A DNA stretch of 64,000 nt from Treponema sp. (GTDB lineage Bacteria; Spirochaetota; Spirochaetia; Treponematales; Treponemataceae), in the NCBI GenBank assembly GCA_022510925.1, contig JAFLSO010000003.1:28159-92158 (forward strand), written 5' to 3'. Under the pieces are notes generated by a model that worked only from the letters and a program-made list of their open reading frames with translations, was not told where the DNA came from and did no database searches. Shown piece after piece: positions 36,741 through 46,493 of this stretch. The first letter of the stretch is position 1, and every line of letters starts with the position of its first letter. The position numbers and the translations under genes were made by a program.

Positions 36741-38096
36741 ATGATAGAGCTTTCTGTAATCAATGATGAGAATGTATTGCCGTCTTCAGCAGCAAGTCCG
36801 ACTGTAATAAAAATCATAGGCTGCGGCGGCGGAGGCTCCAATGCCGTCAACCGCATGATAAGCGCGGGCGTAAAGGACGTGGAGTTCATTGTCCTTAACA
36901 CGGACCTTCAGGCCCTGGGACGCTCGCGCGCTGAGAAACGTCTTGCCATAGGGCAGAAGCTTACCGGCGGTCTTGGCGCGGGCGGAAATCCCGAGATAGG
37001 CGAGAATGCGGCCAAAGAAGACTGCGAGATGATTAAGGACATAGTTAATGGCGCCGACATGGTTATAGTCACCGCAGGCATGGGCGGAGGCACAGGCACC
37101 GGCTCCGCTCCCGTGGTGGCGGGAATAGCACACGAGGCAGGAGCGCTCACTATCGCGGTTGTCACGACCCCGTTCGATTTTGAGGGCAAGGTACGCATGC
37201 GGCACGCGCAGGAGGGCATATCCAAGCTGCGAGAGAACGTGGACAGCCTCATCGTAATCCCCAACCAGCAGATTATGAAAGTGGTTGAGAAAAACCTGAA
37301 CTACCTGCAGGCGTTCCGCATAGCGGACGATGTGCTCTGTCAGGGCGTGCAGGGAATATCAGAGATAATAACGCGTCCCGGCGAGGTGAACCTGGATTTC
37401 GCTGATGTGGAGAACGTGATGAAGAACCAGGGCGATTCCATTCTGGGCGTGGGATTCGGCGAGGGTGAGAACCGCGCGGTGGAGGCTGCGCAGAAAGCCA
37501 TAAGCAATCCCATGCTTGAGAACAGGCAGATAGACGGCGCGTCAAAGATACTCATCAACATAACCAGCTCGGACGGGCTTGGCATGCACGAGGTGGAGGA
37601 CATCGTAAACAACATAAAGGCGTCCGCGGCAAAGGACGTGGAGATTCTCTTCGGGCTTGTGCTTGACCCCAACCTGGGCGACAAAATCGCAGTGACTGTA
37701 ATCGCCACGGGATTTGACAAGGCGGATAACGGCAGCATTTTCTCTGATGACGACGATGACTCATCGTCAAAGGACGACGTGATGGGATTCGCGGATTTCC
37801 AGCGTGTGCTTCACGGAGGCGCGCCGCATAAAGCTGAGGAGAAAGACACAGATGCCGCTCCTGAGGTAAGGAAATTCAGCTCCGTTCCTGTGAGCATGGA
37901 TTTCCCCGGAGAGGATTCCGCCTCCGATGACTCAGCCGGTGATGCGGGCGGAGAAGCTCGGTCTTCGGAGCGCGTTCCCCGCACCGGCGTGCACGACATT
38001 CCTCCCGGAACCAAAATCCGCAGCGATGACCTGGATATGCCCGCCTGCTGGCGCCGCATGGACGGTCTTCCGCGCGGCATAGATCTCTCGAAATAA
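36741..38096 (+). CDS. ftsZ: Cell division protein FtsZ
   Basis: IGCGGGGSNAVN, GLGAGGNP, AGMGGGTGTG, NLDFADV and VTVIATG. ATG 36741 lies behind GGGAGG. Confidence 0.97.
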   Translation: MIELSVINDENVLPSSAASPTVIKIIGCGGGGSNAVNRMISAGVKDVEFIVLNTDLQALGRSRAEKRLAIGQKLTGGLGAGGNPEIGENAAKEDCEMIKDIVNGADMVIVTAGMGGGTGTGSAPVVAGIAHEAGALTIAVVTTPFDFEGKVRMRHAQEGISKLRENVDSLIVIPNQQIMKVVEKNLNYLQAFRIADDVLCQGVQGISEIITRPGEVNLDFADVENVMKNQGDSILGVGFGEGENRAVEAAQKAISNPMLENRQIDGASKILINITSSDGLGMHEVEDIVNNIKASAAKDVEILFGLVLDPNLGDKIAVTVIATGFDKADNGSIFSDDDDDSSSKDDVMGFADFQRVLHGGAPHKAEEKDTDAAPEVRKFSSVPVSMDFPGEDSASDDSAGDAGGEARSSERVPRTGVHDIPPGTKIRSDDLDMPACWRRMDGLPRGIDLSK

Positions 38097-38097
38097 T

Positions 38098-39012
38098 ATG
38101 CATGATGAGCGGCTTCTAAAGGCATTTTATAACGACATCATTCTGGTGGAGCGCCATTCGGAGCTGACCGCGCAGACTTATGTGTTCAGCGTGAAGGAAT
38201 TCCTTGAATGGCTTTCCTCCGGGAATTACAGCCTTGAATCTGTGGATGCCCAGAGGCTTTTATATTATTTTGTGTGGCGGCGCTCCAACGGATTCTCGGA
38301 TCTTACCGCCGCCAAGGACATCTCCGCGCTCAGGGCGTTCGGCGAGTTCCTGAGACGGCGCGGAATATGGCAGGAGAACGTGGCGCTGGAGCTGGACAAG
38401 CCCAGGACAAGCCGGGCGCTTCCCCGCGTGCTCAGTGTGGAGCAGGTGGATAGCCTTCTTGCGGCCATAGATGTCTCAAAGCCGGCCGGCATAAGGGACA
38501 GGGCGCTTTACGAGCTCATATACAGCTCGGGGCTCCGCATATCCGAGGCGGCGGGCCTTCTTACGGCCAACGTGCATTTTGACGAGCAGATTATAATAGT
38601 GCGCGGAAAGGGAGACAAGGAGAGAATCATACCGTTCGGCGATGAGGCCAGGCTCTGGCTTTTAAAATACCTGGACGAGGCAAGGCCTGTCCTTGTGAAA
38701 AGCAAAATCGTTCCGCAGGTTTTTGTGAATTTCAGGGGGGAGCCTCTCTCCCGCAAAGGCATCTGGAAGAATTTCCAGGACCTGGAGGCAAAGAGCGGCG
38801 TCTATGCCAAGGTCCACACGCTGCGGCATTCTTTTGCCACGCATCTGCTCTCAGGCGGCGCGGATCTCCGCAGCGTCCAGGAGCTTCTGGGCCACGCGGA
38901 CCTGGCGACCACTCAGATTTACACGCACGTAGATAACGAGCAGCTGAGGGACTACCACAAAGGGTATTTTCCCGGGCATGCCTCAACGAATAGAAATGGA
39001 GAAACTTTATGA
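38098..39012 (+). CDS. xerD: Tyrosine recombinase, XerD-like
   Basis: RDRALYELIYSSGLRISE, GKGDKER and HTLRHSFATHLL..GADLRSVQELLGH..LATTQIYTHV; catalytic R-H-R-H-Y set intact. Confidence 0.85.
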   Translation: MHDERLLKAFYNDIILVERHSELTAQTYVFSVKEFLEWLSSGNYSLESVDAQRLLYYFVWRRSNGFSDLTAAKDISALRAFGEFLRRRGIWQENVALELDKPRTSRALPRVLSVEQVDSLLAAIDVSKPAGIRDRALYELIYSSGLRISEAAGLLTANVHFDEQIIIVRGKGDKERIIPFGDEARLWLLKYLDEARPVLVKSKIVPQVFVNFRGEPLSRKGIWKNFQDLEAKSGVYAKVHTLRHSFATHLLSGGADLRSVQELLGHADLATTQIYTHVDNEQLRDYHKGYFPGHASTNRNGETL

Positions 39013-39749
39013 GAAAAGAATTTTCTGCGTGCCTCTGCGCGCTTACTGTTTTGCTCGCGTTAAGCTCATGCGCCCCGTCCTACAATTCCATCAAGCGCAT
39101 GCAGAAGATGGAGGAGGGCGTCTCTAATCCCACCACAAAGGAAGAGCTTGAGGAGGCCATAAAGAAATACGACGCCCGCGCACTGGATCTGGTCACCACG
39201 CAGAGCCAGGAAGGAATATGGTATAAGATTCTGGGAACGCGGTATCTGGATGCGCAGATGTACGGCAAGGCCCTGGAGGCTTTTCAGCGCGCGCTGGATT
39301 TTTATCCCAACAACGCTAACCTGTATTATTATGTGGGCATTTGCGCGGGATACATGGCTAATGCCCAGCTTAATTTCTCTGCGGGAAATCCCAATGAGAG
39401 CTCCATCAGAAAAATGAATTACCTTAGCCTGAGCGAGTCCGCGTATCTTCAGGCGCTTAGCATAGATCCAAATTACTACCGCGCCATGTACGGTATAGGC
39501 GTTCTGTATGTGTTCGAGCTGGACCAGAGCGAGAAGGCGATTCCTTACCTGGAGCGTTTCCTGCAGACCCAGACGCGCGACACCAACGCCATGTTCGTTC
39601 TTGCGCGCGCCTACTACACTAATTACCAGTTCGACAAGGCCCTGGAGCTTTACGATAAGATTATCGCCATAAATCCCAACGCCGAGAAAACCGCTGAGGC
39701 GCAGGTGAACAAGCGCACCGTGCTTGACGCGCAGTATGCCGGCAGGTAG
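39009..39749 (+). CDS. TPR-repeat lipoprotein
   Basis: Lipobox LSSC and several TPR-like helix pairs (ALEAFQRALDFYP, AYLQALSIDP, ALELYDKIIAINP). Confidence 0.8.
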   Translation: MRKEFSACLCALTVLLALSSCAPSYNSIKRMQKMEEGVSNPTTKEELEEAIKKYDARALDLVTTQSQEGIWYKILGTRYLDAQMYGKALEAFQRALDFYPNNANLYYYVGICAGYMANAQLNFSAGNPNESSIRKMNYLSLSESAYLQALSIDPNYYRAMYGIGVLYVFELDQSEKAIPYLERFLQTQTRDTNAMFVLARAYYTNYQFDKALELYDKIIAINPNAEKTAEAQVNKRTVLDAQYAGR

Positions 39750-39754
39750 CGCCT

Positions 39755-40717
39755 GTGGATGAGATGGATCTTGCGCTCGCGTCAATGTTTTTCCTCACAT
39801 TGCGCGAGAAATTTGTTTTAAGGAATAACCTTGACAGTTTAGATAAACTTGCGCTAATGTCTATAGATGATATTTCCGCGCAGATACAGCGCCCCATAAA
39901 AAAAGCGCTGTGGGACGGGAGCAGGGCCGCCGCGCTCGCAAGGAAAGAGATGCCGGTCATAAGCGCGCAGAAAATAGGCGCCGTAAGGGCGGATCAGGAC
40001 GCGTATCCTCCGCTTCTCAGGCAGATTCCCGACGCTCCGTACATGCTGTTTTTCAGGGGCAGCCTGGAATGCCTTCATAAGCGGTGCGTTTCAGTGGTCG
40101 GAACCAGACGCGTGTGCAGGGAGGCGGCCATGGCCACCGCGGATTTCTGCAAGGCAGCGGCGAATGCGGGATTCACCGTGGTAAGCGGCCTTGCTTACGG
40201 GGCGGACTCCTACGCGCACAACGGGGCGCTTCAGAGCGGGCAGCCGGGCTCCACTGCGGCAGTCCTTCCGTGCGGAATAGATGCCGTAGTTCCAGGCGGC
40301 AACAAGTCCCTGGCGGCAAAAATCCTGCGAAGCGGCGGTGCCCTTGTAAGCGAGTATGTTCCCGGATTTCCCGGGGAGACTTGGTGCTTCGTGCAGCGCA
40401 ACCGCATAGTGGCTGCCCTCAGCGGGGCCACGGTCATAACAGAGGCACCCGGAGGAAGCGGAGCCCTTATAACCGCGGATTTCGCGCTGGGCTACGGGCG
40501 GGATGTGGTCCTGCATAAATCATGCTTCTGTCAGAAGGCCGCTGAGCAGAACAGTGCGGGCAGGCAGGGACCAGGAGCCGAAAGAAAAAGACGCATGACC
40601 GTGGAGAGCCTCATGGAGGAAGGAGCGCCTGTGGTGGAGGACTTTGACGGCTACATGAGGGCGATAGAAAATGAGTCCGGGGTTCAGAAAGGATTACGGA
40701 AAGGTGAGTTATTTTGA
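39755..40717 (+). CDS. dprA: DNA-processing protein DprA (Smf)
   Basis: YPPLLRQIPDAPYMLFFRG, SVVGTR, VVSGLAYGAD, FVQRNRIVAALS and SGALITADFA. Confidence 0.93.
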   Translation: MDEMDLALASMFFLTLREKFVLRNNLDSLDKLALMSIDDISAQIQRPIKKALWDGSRAAALARKEMPVISAQKIGAVRADQDAYPPLLRQIPDAPYMLFFRGSLECLHKRCVSVVGTRRVCREAAMATADFCKAAANAGFTVVSGLAYGADSYAHNGALQSGQPGSTAAVLPCGIDAVVPGGNKSLAAKILRSGGALVSEYVPGFPGETWCFVQRNRIVAALSGATVITEAPGGSGALITADFALGYGRDVVLHKSCFCQKAAEQNSAGRQGPGAERKRRMTVESLMEEGAPVVEDFDGYMRAIENESGVQKGLRKGELF

Positions 40718-40725
40718 GGTGAGTT

Positions 40726-42876
40726 ATGGCAGAGAAAACAGCGAAAAAAACTTCCGGCGCTAAAAAAAGCGCTAAGAAGAAGAGCACCCTTGTTATAGTG
40801 GAATCCCCCGCGAAGGCAAAGACAATAGAGCATTATCTGGGCACAGGCTACACTGTGAAGGCCAGCATGGGGCATCTCATAGATTTGCCGAAAAGCCGTC
40901 TCGCCATAGATGTGGAGGACAATTTCCAGCCGGAGTACATTACGGTTCGGGGCAGGGCAAAGCTTCTGAAAGAACTTCAGAAAGACGCCAAGAATTCCAC
41001 GCAGGTGCTTCTGGCATCGGATAATGACCGCGAGGGAGAGGCAATCGCATGGCATCTGCGCAACGCTCTGCGCGAGAAAACCGAGGCCCCCATAGAGCGC
41101 ATAGTGTTCAACGAGATAACTCCTGTGGCAATAAAAGAAGCCGTGAAGCATCCCGGCGGCATAGAGGAGAACAAGGTGAACGCCCAGAAAGCGCGCCGCG
41201 TGCTGGACAGGCTGGTAGGATACAACCTGAGCCCCATCCTCTGGAAAAAAGTTAAGAACGGCCTGAGCGCCGGAAGGGTGCAGTCAGTGGCGCTGCGCCT
41301 TATATGCGAGCGTGAGGAGGAGGTGGAGAATTTCATCCCCGAGGAATACTGGAGCCTTGATGCGGATTTTGTGAAAGGAAAGACGAAATTCACCGCGCAG
41401 CTGGTTCAGTACAAGGGCGCCAAGCCTGAGCTAAAAAGCGAGTCCTCCGTCAACGACATAATCGGCGAGATTCAGAACAGCGAGTGCGTGGTCTCAGAGA
41501 TAAAGGAGACGGAGAAAACAGTCCGTCCTAAGGCGCCGTTCACCACAAGCAAGTTGCAGCAGGCCAGCGCTAACCGTCTGGGCTACACCAGCCGCAAAAC
41601 CATGCAGATAGCGCAGCAACTTTACGAGGGAATACAGATAGGCTCCACACGCGTGGGCCTCATAACTTACATGCGCACTGACAGCGTCCGCATCTCGCAG
41701 ACTGCCATAGACGATGTGCGCGGCTGGATAAGCGAAAATTTCCCTGACCAGCTTCCGCCTGAGAAAATTGAATACTCCGTGGGAAAGGGCGCGCAGGACG
41801 CGCATGAGGCGATACGTCCCACCTACGTTAAATACACGCCGGACAGCGTAAAGGAATATCTTACGCGCGACCAGCTCAGGCTTTACTCCATAATCTGGGA
41901 GAGGTTCGTCTCCAGCCAGATGAACAACGCCAGGACAAAGACCACCAGCGTGGACATAAAGGCAGGTGACGCAGTTTTCCGCGTGAGCGCGTCAACCCTC
42001 AGCGAGAAAGGATTCTACAATGTCATAAAAACCCTGTCGTCCAAGGAGGAGGTGAGGGGAAACCTTCCGTCGCTGAAAACAGGCGAGACTCTTTCAAGCG
42101 GCAAATTCTATCCGGAGCAGCATTTCACTCAGGGACCCGCGCGGTACACTGACGCATCAATCGTCAAGACGCTTGAGGAGAAAGGCATAGGCCGTCCGTC
42201 AACTTACGCGCCCATAATAAGCGTCCTTCTGGACAGGTATTATGTTACCAGAAGCAATAAGCAGCTTGTTCCCACTCAGCTCGGAAAAATCATCTGCCGG
42301 ATTCTGGTGGAGTCGTTCCCTGATGTGATAAACGAGAAATTCACCAGCGACGTGGAGACCGATCTGGACAAAGTGGAGCAGGGCGATCTTGTGTGGAACA
42401 ACATGATTGGCGATTTCTTCGGCCCGTTCAAGGAGCGCGTTGACCAGGTGATGGAGCAGCAGGAGAGCCTTAAGGGCACGCTCGATGAGGCCACTGATGA
42501 GGTGTGCGAGAAATGCGGTAAGCCCATGCTCAAAAAACTCGGACGCTTCGGGTATTTCCTGGCCTGCTCAGGATTCCCGGAATGTCATAACACCAAAAGC
42601 ATACCGCTCGCCAAATGCCCCCGCCCTGGCTGCAACGGAGACATCGTAGCGCGGAAGACTAAAGGCCGCGGAAAAGAATTCTACGGCTGCACCAATTATC
42701 CGGACTGCGATTTTATAACTCACTTTAAGCCCATAGGAGTAAGCTGCCCCAAATGCGGCTGGTTCATGGTGGAGAAGTACGACAAGAAAAACGGCAGCTA
42801 CAAAAGCTGCATAAACCCGGACTGCGACTATCTGCATTCCGCGGAGGACGCTCCCGTATCCGCTCAGGAGGACTAG
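40726..42876 (+). CDS. topA: DNA topoisomerase I
   Basis: IVESPAKAK, ASDNDREGE, SAGRVQS, active-site ITYMRTDS, GIGRPSTY and C-terminal Cys4 zinc ribbons. Confidence 0.97.
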   Translation: MAEKTAKKTSGAKKSAKKKSTLVIVESPAKAKTIEHYLGTGYTVKASMGHLIDLPKSRLAIDVEDNFQPEYITVRGRAKLLKELQKDAKNSTQVLLASDNDREGEAIAWHLRNALREKTEAPIERIVFNEITPVAIKEAVKHPGGIEENKVNAQKARRVLDRLVGYNLSPILWKKVKNGLSAGRVQSVALRLICEREEEVENFIPEEYWSLDADFVKGKTKFTAQLVQYKGAKPELKSESSVNDIIGEIQNSECVVSEIKETEKTVRPKAPFTTSKLQQASANRLGYTSRKTMQIAQQLYEGIQIGSTRVGLITYMRTDSVRISQTAIDDVRGWISENFPDQLPPEKIEYSVGKGAQDAHEAIRPTYVKYTPDSVKEYLTRDQLRLYSIIWERFVSSQMNNARTKTTSVDIKAGDAVFRVSASTLSEKGFYNVIKTLSSKEEVRGNLPSLKTGETLSSGKFYPEQHFTQGPARYTDASIVKTLEEKGIGRPSTYAPIISVLLDRYYVTRSNKQLVPTQLGKIICRILVESFPDVINEKFTSDVETDLDKVEQGDLVWNNMIGDFFGPFKERVDQVMEQQESLKGTLDEATDEVCEKCGKPMLKKLGRFGYFLACSGFPECHNTKSIPLAKCPRPGCNGDIVARKTKGRGKEFYGCTNYPDCDFITHFKPIGVSCPKCGWFMVEKYDKKNGSYKSCINPDCDYLHSAEDAPVSAQED

Positions 42877-42879
42877 TTT

Positions 42880-43836
42880 ATGGCGCAGACTGCCGCCGGT
42901 CCTTCTTGCGGCGCGAGCGTAACACTGCACGACTGCGCCTCAGAGTATCTTCTGTACCTGGAAAGCGTGAGGGGATATTCCGGGAACACGGTGGCAGGTT
43001 ACCGCGAGGATTTGAGGCACCTGGAGATGATGCTCGGAGCGGACACGGATCTCCATGAGATTACAGCCGATGACCTGCGCGGGTGCGTGGGAACTCTCAG
43101 CAAAAAAAAGTATTCTGCCTCAAGCATAAACCGCTTCATAGCCGCCGTGAGGGGGCTTTTCTCTTACTGCAAGAAATTCCGCTACATAAGCGCTAATGCG
43201 GCGCAGGACCTTAAGACCCTTAGGACTCCCAGGCATCTTCCCAAATTCATGACCGCGTTGGAGGTGGACGCTCTCTGCGCCGCCCCTGAGAAAAACGAGC
43301 TTCTGTGGGAGAGCCGAGACAGGGCGATATTCGAGATGCTCTACTCCTCGGGCTGCCGCGTGAGCGAGATGTCCGCGCTTAGAATGCAGGACCTGAGCCA
43401 GGATTTCTCAAGCGCCATGGTGCGCGGAAAAGGAAACAAGGACAGGCGCGTATATTTCGGGGCCGACGCGGTGAGGGCGCTGAGGCTGTATCTTCTGGAC
43501 AGGAAGGCGCGTTTCCCGGCCCGTGCGGAAGGCGGAGCGCTCAGGGTGGATAATGTCTTCATAAACCAGAAAGGCGGAGCCCTCACCGCGCGCGGCATAA
43601 GGTACATAGTGGGCCGCTACAGCGGCGCTGAGGGAACTAACAGAACCGTCTCCCCGCATGCCTTCCGCCACACTTTCGCAACCGGCATGCTGAACAACGG
43701 CGCTGACATCCGCATGGTGCAGGAGATGCTGGGCCATTCCTCCATAAGCACCACGCAGCGCTACACTCATGTGACCACGGAGCGCCTTAAGGATGTGTAC
43801 AGGCAGGCGTTCCCGCATTCAGGAAAAGAAGATTAG
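42880..43836 (+). CDS. xerC: Tyrosine recombinase, XerC-like
   Basis: RDRAIFEMLYSSGCRVSE, GKGNKDR and SPHAFRHTFAT..LNNGADIRMVQEMLGHSSISTTQRYTHV. Sits in the dprA-topA-xerC-hslVU context. Confidence 0.85.
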   Translation: MAQTAAGPSCGASVTLHDCASEYLLYLESVRGYSGNTVAGYREDLRHLEMMLGADTDLHEITADDLRGCVGTLSKKKYSASSINRFIAAVRGLFSYCKKFRYISANAAQDLKTLRTPRHLPKFMTALEVDALCAAPEKNELLWESRDRAIFEMLYSSGCRVSEMSALRMQDLSQDFSSAMVRGKGNKDRRVYFGADAVRALRLYLLDRKARFPARAEGGALRVDNVFINQKGGALTARGIRYIVGRYSGAEGTNRTVSPHAFRHTFATGMLNNGADIRMVQEMLGHSSISTTQRYTHVTTERLKDVYRQAFPHSGKED

Positions 43837-43967
43837 CCCGCTCCGCTATAATCCCCGTGCGGCGCGTCTTATGGCGGAGGAGCCGGTCCTGCCCTGTCAT
43901 GAAATTTACAGTTGCCTATTCTCAATTTTCTTATTATCTTTAACCTAGAGTTTTCTCAGGAGGCACT

Positions 43968-44510
43968 ATGACAGGCGAGGATAAAATCCGCAGCACTACG
44001 GTTATCGCAGTAAAAAAGGACGGGCATGTCGCCATGGCGGGTGACGGCCAGGTTACCGCCGGCAATACGGTTGTAAAGGGAAACGCCAGGAAAGTGCGCA
44101 AAATGTTTGACGGTAAGGTCATAGCGGGATTCGCGGGAAGCGTTGCGGACGCGTTCACGCTGTTTGACAAATTCGAGGAGAAGCTTAAGGAATTTAACGG
44201 GGACCTTACCCGCAGCGCCGTGGAGCTTGCCAAGCTTTGGCGCACGGACCGCATGATGAGTAAGCTTGATGCCATGCTGCTGGTTGGCGATAAGTCCAAA
44301 ATCCTTCTGATAAGCGGAGACGGAAACGTGATTGAGCCCGAGAACGATGTGATTGCCATAGGCTCCGGCGGAAACTACGCTTATGCGGCAGCCCTGGCAT
44401 ACCTGGAGGGCGACCAGTTCACCGCCAGGGAGATAGCGGAGAAGTCGCTCAGGATAGCGGGCGGCATCTGCATTTACACGAACACCAGCATTACTCTGGA
44501 GGAGCTTTGA
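43968..44510 (+). CDS. hslV: ATP-dependent protease peptidase subunit HslV
   Basis: STTVIAV (N-terminal Thr nucleophile), [21 protein letters not shown] and ICIYTN. AGGAGG SD. Confidence 0.96.
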   Translation: MTGEDKIRSTTVIAVKKDGHVAMAGDGQVTAGNTVVKGNARKVRKMFDGKVIAGFAGSVADAFTLFDKFEEKLKEFNGDLTRSAVELAKLWRTDRMMSKLDAMLLVGDKSKILLISGDGNVIEPENDVIAIGSGGNYAYAAALAYLEGDQFTAREIAEKSLRIAGGICIYTNTSITLEEL

Positions 44511-44513
44511 TTT

Positions 44514-46100
44514 ATGGAGAATACGGCGCATTCAGACACACCGAAAGTTTTCGGAAAACCGGAGGGACTCACTCCCGCGCAGATAGTTGAGCGCCTTGAC
44601 GCGTACATAATCGGTCAGTCAAAGGCAAAAAGGCATGTGGCGGTGGCGCTCCGTAACAGGCAGAGGCGCATCCAGCTTCCCGAGGAAATCCGCGAGGAGG
44701 TGGCGCCCAAGAACATCCTCATGATAGGACCCACAGGCGTGGGAAAAACGGAGATAGCGCGCCGTCTGGCAAAACTCTGCGGCGCTCCGTTCATAAAAGT
44801 TGAGGCCACCAAGTACACTGAGGTGGGATACGTGGGCCGTGACGTGGAGAGCATGGTGCGTGACCTTATGGCAGTGGGCTACAACATGGTCAGAACAGAG
44901 ACACAGGAGAAACTGAAGGCCAGGGCGGAGCCCCAGGTGGAGGAGGATCTGCTTGACCTTCTTCTACCCGGAAGCGCGCCCAAAAAGAGCAGGCCCTCTC
45001 CCAAAAAATCCGGCATGCACATAGTGGGGAATATTTTCGGCGAGCACAGCCCCGTTCAGGGCGGCGTCATTCAGATTGAGATGCCTAAGAGCGACGCTTC
45101 CAAAGAGAACGCTGGAGACGCCGGTTCTGATGAGATTTCTGAGGCAGGGCAGGCCGAGTCCGCGGTGCAGGATGGCGCCGCGTCATCCTCTGAGACAGAG
45201 AATCCGGGTGACATGAGCCATACGCGCGAGAAATTCAGGCAGATGCTCCGCGAGGGAAAGCTTGAGGACCGCACTGTGGACATAACCGTCACGCAGCGGC
45301 CGCATTTTGACGGCATCGGCATGTTCGGCGGCGGGAACCCCGAGGACTTTGAGCAGGGAATACAGAGCCTTCAGGAGATGCTTTCCGGCGGAAAAAGCAG
45401 GCGCAAGACCGTTACGGTAAGGGAGGCCCGCCAGATTCTCATGGCAGAGAATCTGGACCGTCTTACGGACAGCGACAAAGTGGCTGACGAGGCCAGGGAG
45501 CGCGTGGAGCAGAGCGGCATAATCTTTATAGACGAGATTGACAAGATAGCGACCAAAGGCGGCGAGGGCGGACGGCAGAACGTGAGCCGCGAGGGCGTTC
45601 AGCGCGACATACTTCCGATTGTGGAGGGATGCGACGTGAACACAAAATGGGGCGTAGTGAACACCACCCACATCCTGTTCATAGGCGCGGGAGCGTTCAG
45701 TCTTTCTGCCCCCAGCGATTTGATTCCTGAGCTTCAGGGACGCTTCCCGCTGCGCGTGGAGCTTGAGGCGCTGACCAAGGATGACTTCAAGCGCATACTT
45801 ACCGAGCCCAAGAACGCGCTCATAAACCAGTATGAGTCCCTTCTGGCCACTGAGGGCGTTACGTTAAGCTTCACGGAGGATGCCGTGGACCGTCTTGCGG
45901 AGATTGCGGAGGACGTGAACAGCCATGCTGAGAACATAGGCGCCCGCCGCCTTCACACCATCATGGAGGCGGTACTGGAGGAGCTTAATTTCAGCGCGGA
46001 CACCCACAGCGGCGAGACCATAACGATAGATAAATCCTATGTGGATGAAAAGCTTACCGGTGTGGTCAGGAACCAGGATCTGGAGCGCTATATATTATAG
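44514..46100 (+). CDS. hslU: ATP-dependent protease ATPase subunit HslU, with an enlarged I-domain
   Basis: PKNILMIGPTGVGKTEIARRLA, EATKYTEVGYVGRDV, FIDEIDK, GVQRDILP, ELQGRFP and NIGARRL. Confidence 0.96.
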   Translation: MENTAHSDTPKVFGKPEGLTPAQIVERLDAYIIGQSKAKRHVAVALRNRQRRIQLPEEIREEVAPKNILMIGPTGVGKTEIARRLAKLCGAPFIKVEATKYTEVGYVGRDVESMVRDLMAVGYNMVRTETQEKLKARAEPQVEEDLLDLLLPGSAPKKSRPSPKKSGMHIVGNIFGEHSPVQGGVIQIEMPKSDASKENAGDAGSDEISEAGQAESAVQDGAASSSETENPGDMSHTREKFRQMLREGKLEDRTVDITVTQRPHFDGIGMFGGGNPEDFEQGIQSLQEMLSGGKSRRKTVTVREARQILMAENLDRLTDSDKVADEARERVEQSGIIFIDEIDKIATKGGEGGRQNVSREGVQRDILPIVEGCDVNTKWGVVNTTHILFIGAGAFSLSAPSDLIPELQGRFPLRVELEALTKDDFKRILTEPKNALINQYESLLATEGVTLSFTEDAVDRLAEIAEDVNSHAENIGARRLHTIMEAVLEELNFSADTHSGETITIDKSYVDEKLTGVVRNQDLERYIL

Positions 46101-46158
46101 CCCGTACAAAAATCAAAAGACATCTGTCCTCTCCGTGCGGGGAGGATATGCCTCAAAT

Positions 46159-46192
46159 AAAAAGCGCAGCCGTTCATCACGAAAGGCTGCGC
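46159..46192 (-). terminator. Terminator downstream of tRNA-Glu
   Basis: Stem GCGCAGCC/GGCTGCGC with an A5 tract on the plus strand. Confidence 0.6.
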
Positions 46193-46201
46193 CGTCATTT
46201 A

Positions 46202-46274
46202 CGGTCCCTACGGGAGTTGAACCCATCTCTTCGCCTTGAGAGGGCGACGAACTAAACCGATATTCGAAGGGACC
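46202..46274 (-). tRNA. tRNA-Glu(CTC)
   Basis: Minus strand: acceptor GGTCCCT/AGGGACC, anticodon arm TCGCC-CTCTCAA-GGCGA, T arm ATGGG-TTCAACT-CCCGT. CCA is not encoded. Confidence 0.93.
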
Positions 46275-46304
46275 ATATCCGCCTGCTCAATGAGCCCGCG
46301 ACAT

Positions 46305-46375
46305 TTCCCCAAGGAGGATTCGAACCCCCACAATCAGAACCAGAATCTGAGGTGCTACCATTACACAATCGGGGA
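46305..46375 (-). tRNA. tRNA-Gln(CTG)
   Basis: Minus strand: acceptor TCCCCGA/TTGGGGA, anticodon arm TCAGA-TTCTGGT-TCTGA, T arm GGGGG-TTCGAAT-CCTCC. CCA is not encoded. Confidence 0.93.
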
Positions 46376-46391
46376 ATGCAATGTAATTAGG

Positions 46392-46420
46392 AATATATAC
46401 TTAATCTTTTACTGTGTCAA
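46392..46420 (-). promoter_or_regulatory. sigma70 promoter of tRNA-Gln/tRNA-Glu
   Basis: TTGACA (46415-20)-N17-TATATT (46392-97); the same hexamers as the tRNA-Asp promoter. Confidence 0.8.
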
Positions 46421-46493
46421 GTGCCTTGCGTAAAATCTGTGTCTTCCGGCGTATGCTTTACAAATCGCGCTCTTACCTTTAGAATTATTTTCT

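Noticed and set aside
38098-43836. The two tyrosine recombinases as integrases of a mobile element
   Set aside because: They have host-like GC and are tightly embedded among ftsZ, dprA, topA and hslV. Their motifs fit chromosomal XerD and XerC.
43900-43967. CIRCE/HrcA operator before hslVU or lon
   Set aside because: No TTAGCACTC-N9-GAGTGCTAA-like sequence is present at either promoter.
10358-46375. All four tRNAs lack encoded CCA, and three read G-ending codons
   Set aside because: This is real but ordinary. Many bacteria add CCA post-transcriptionally, and C34 isoacceptors are usual in GC-rich genomes.
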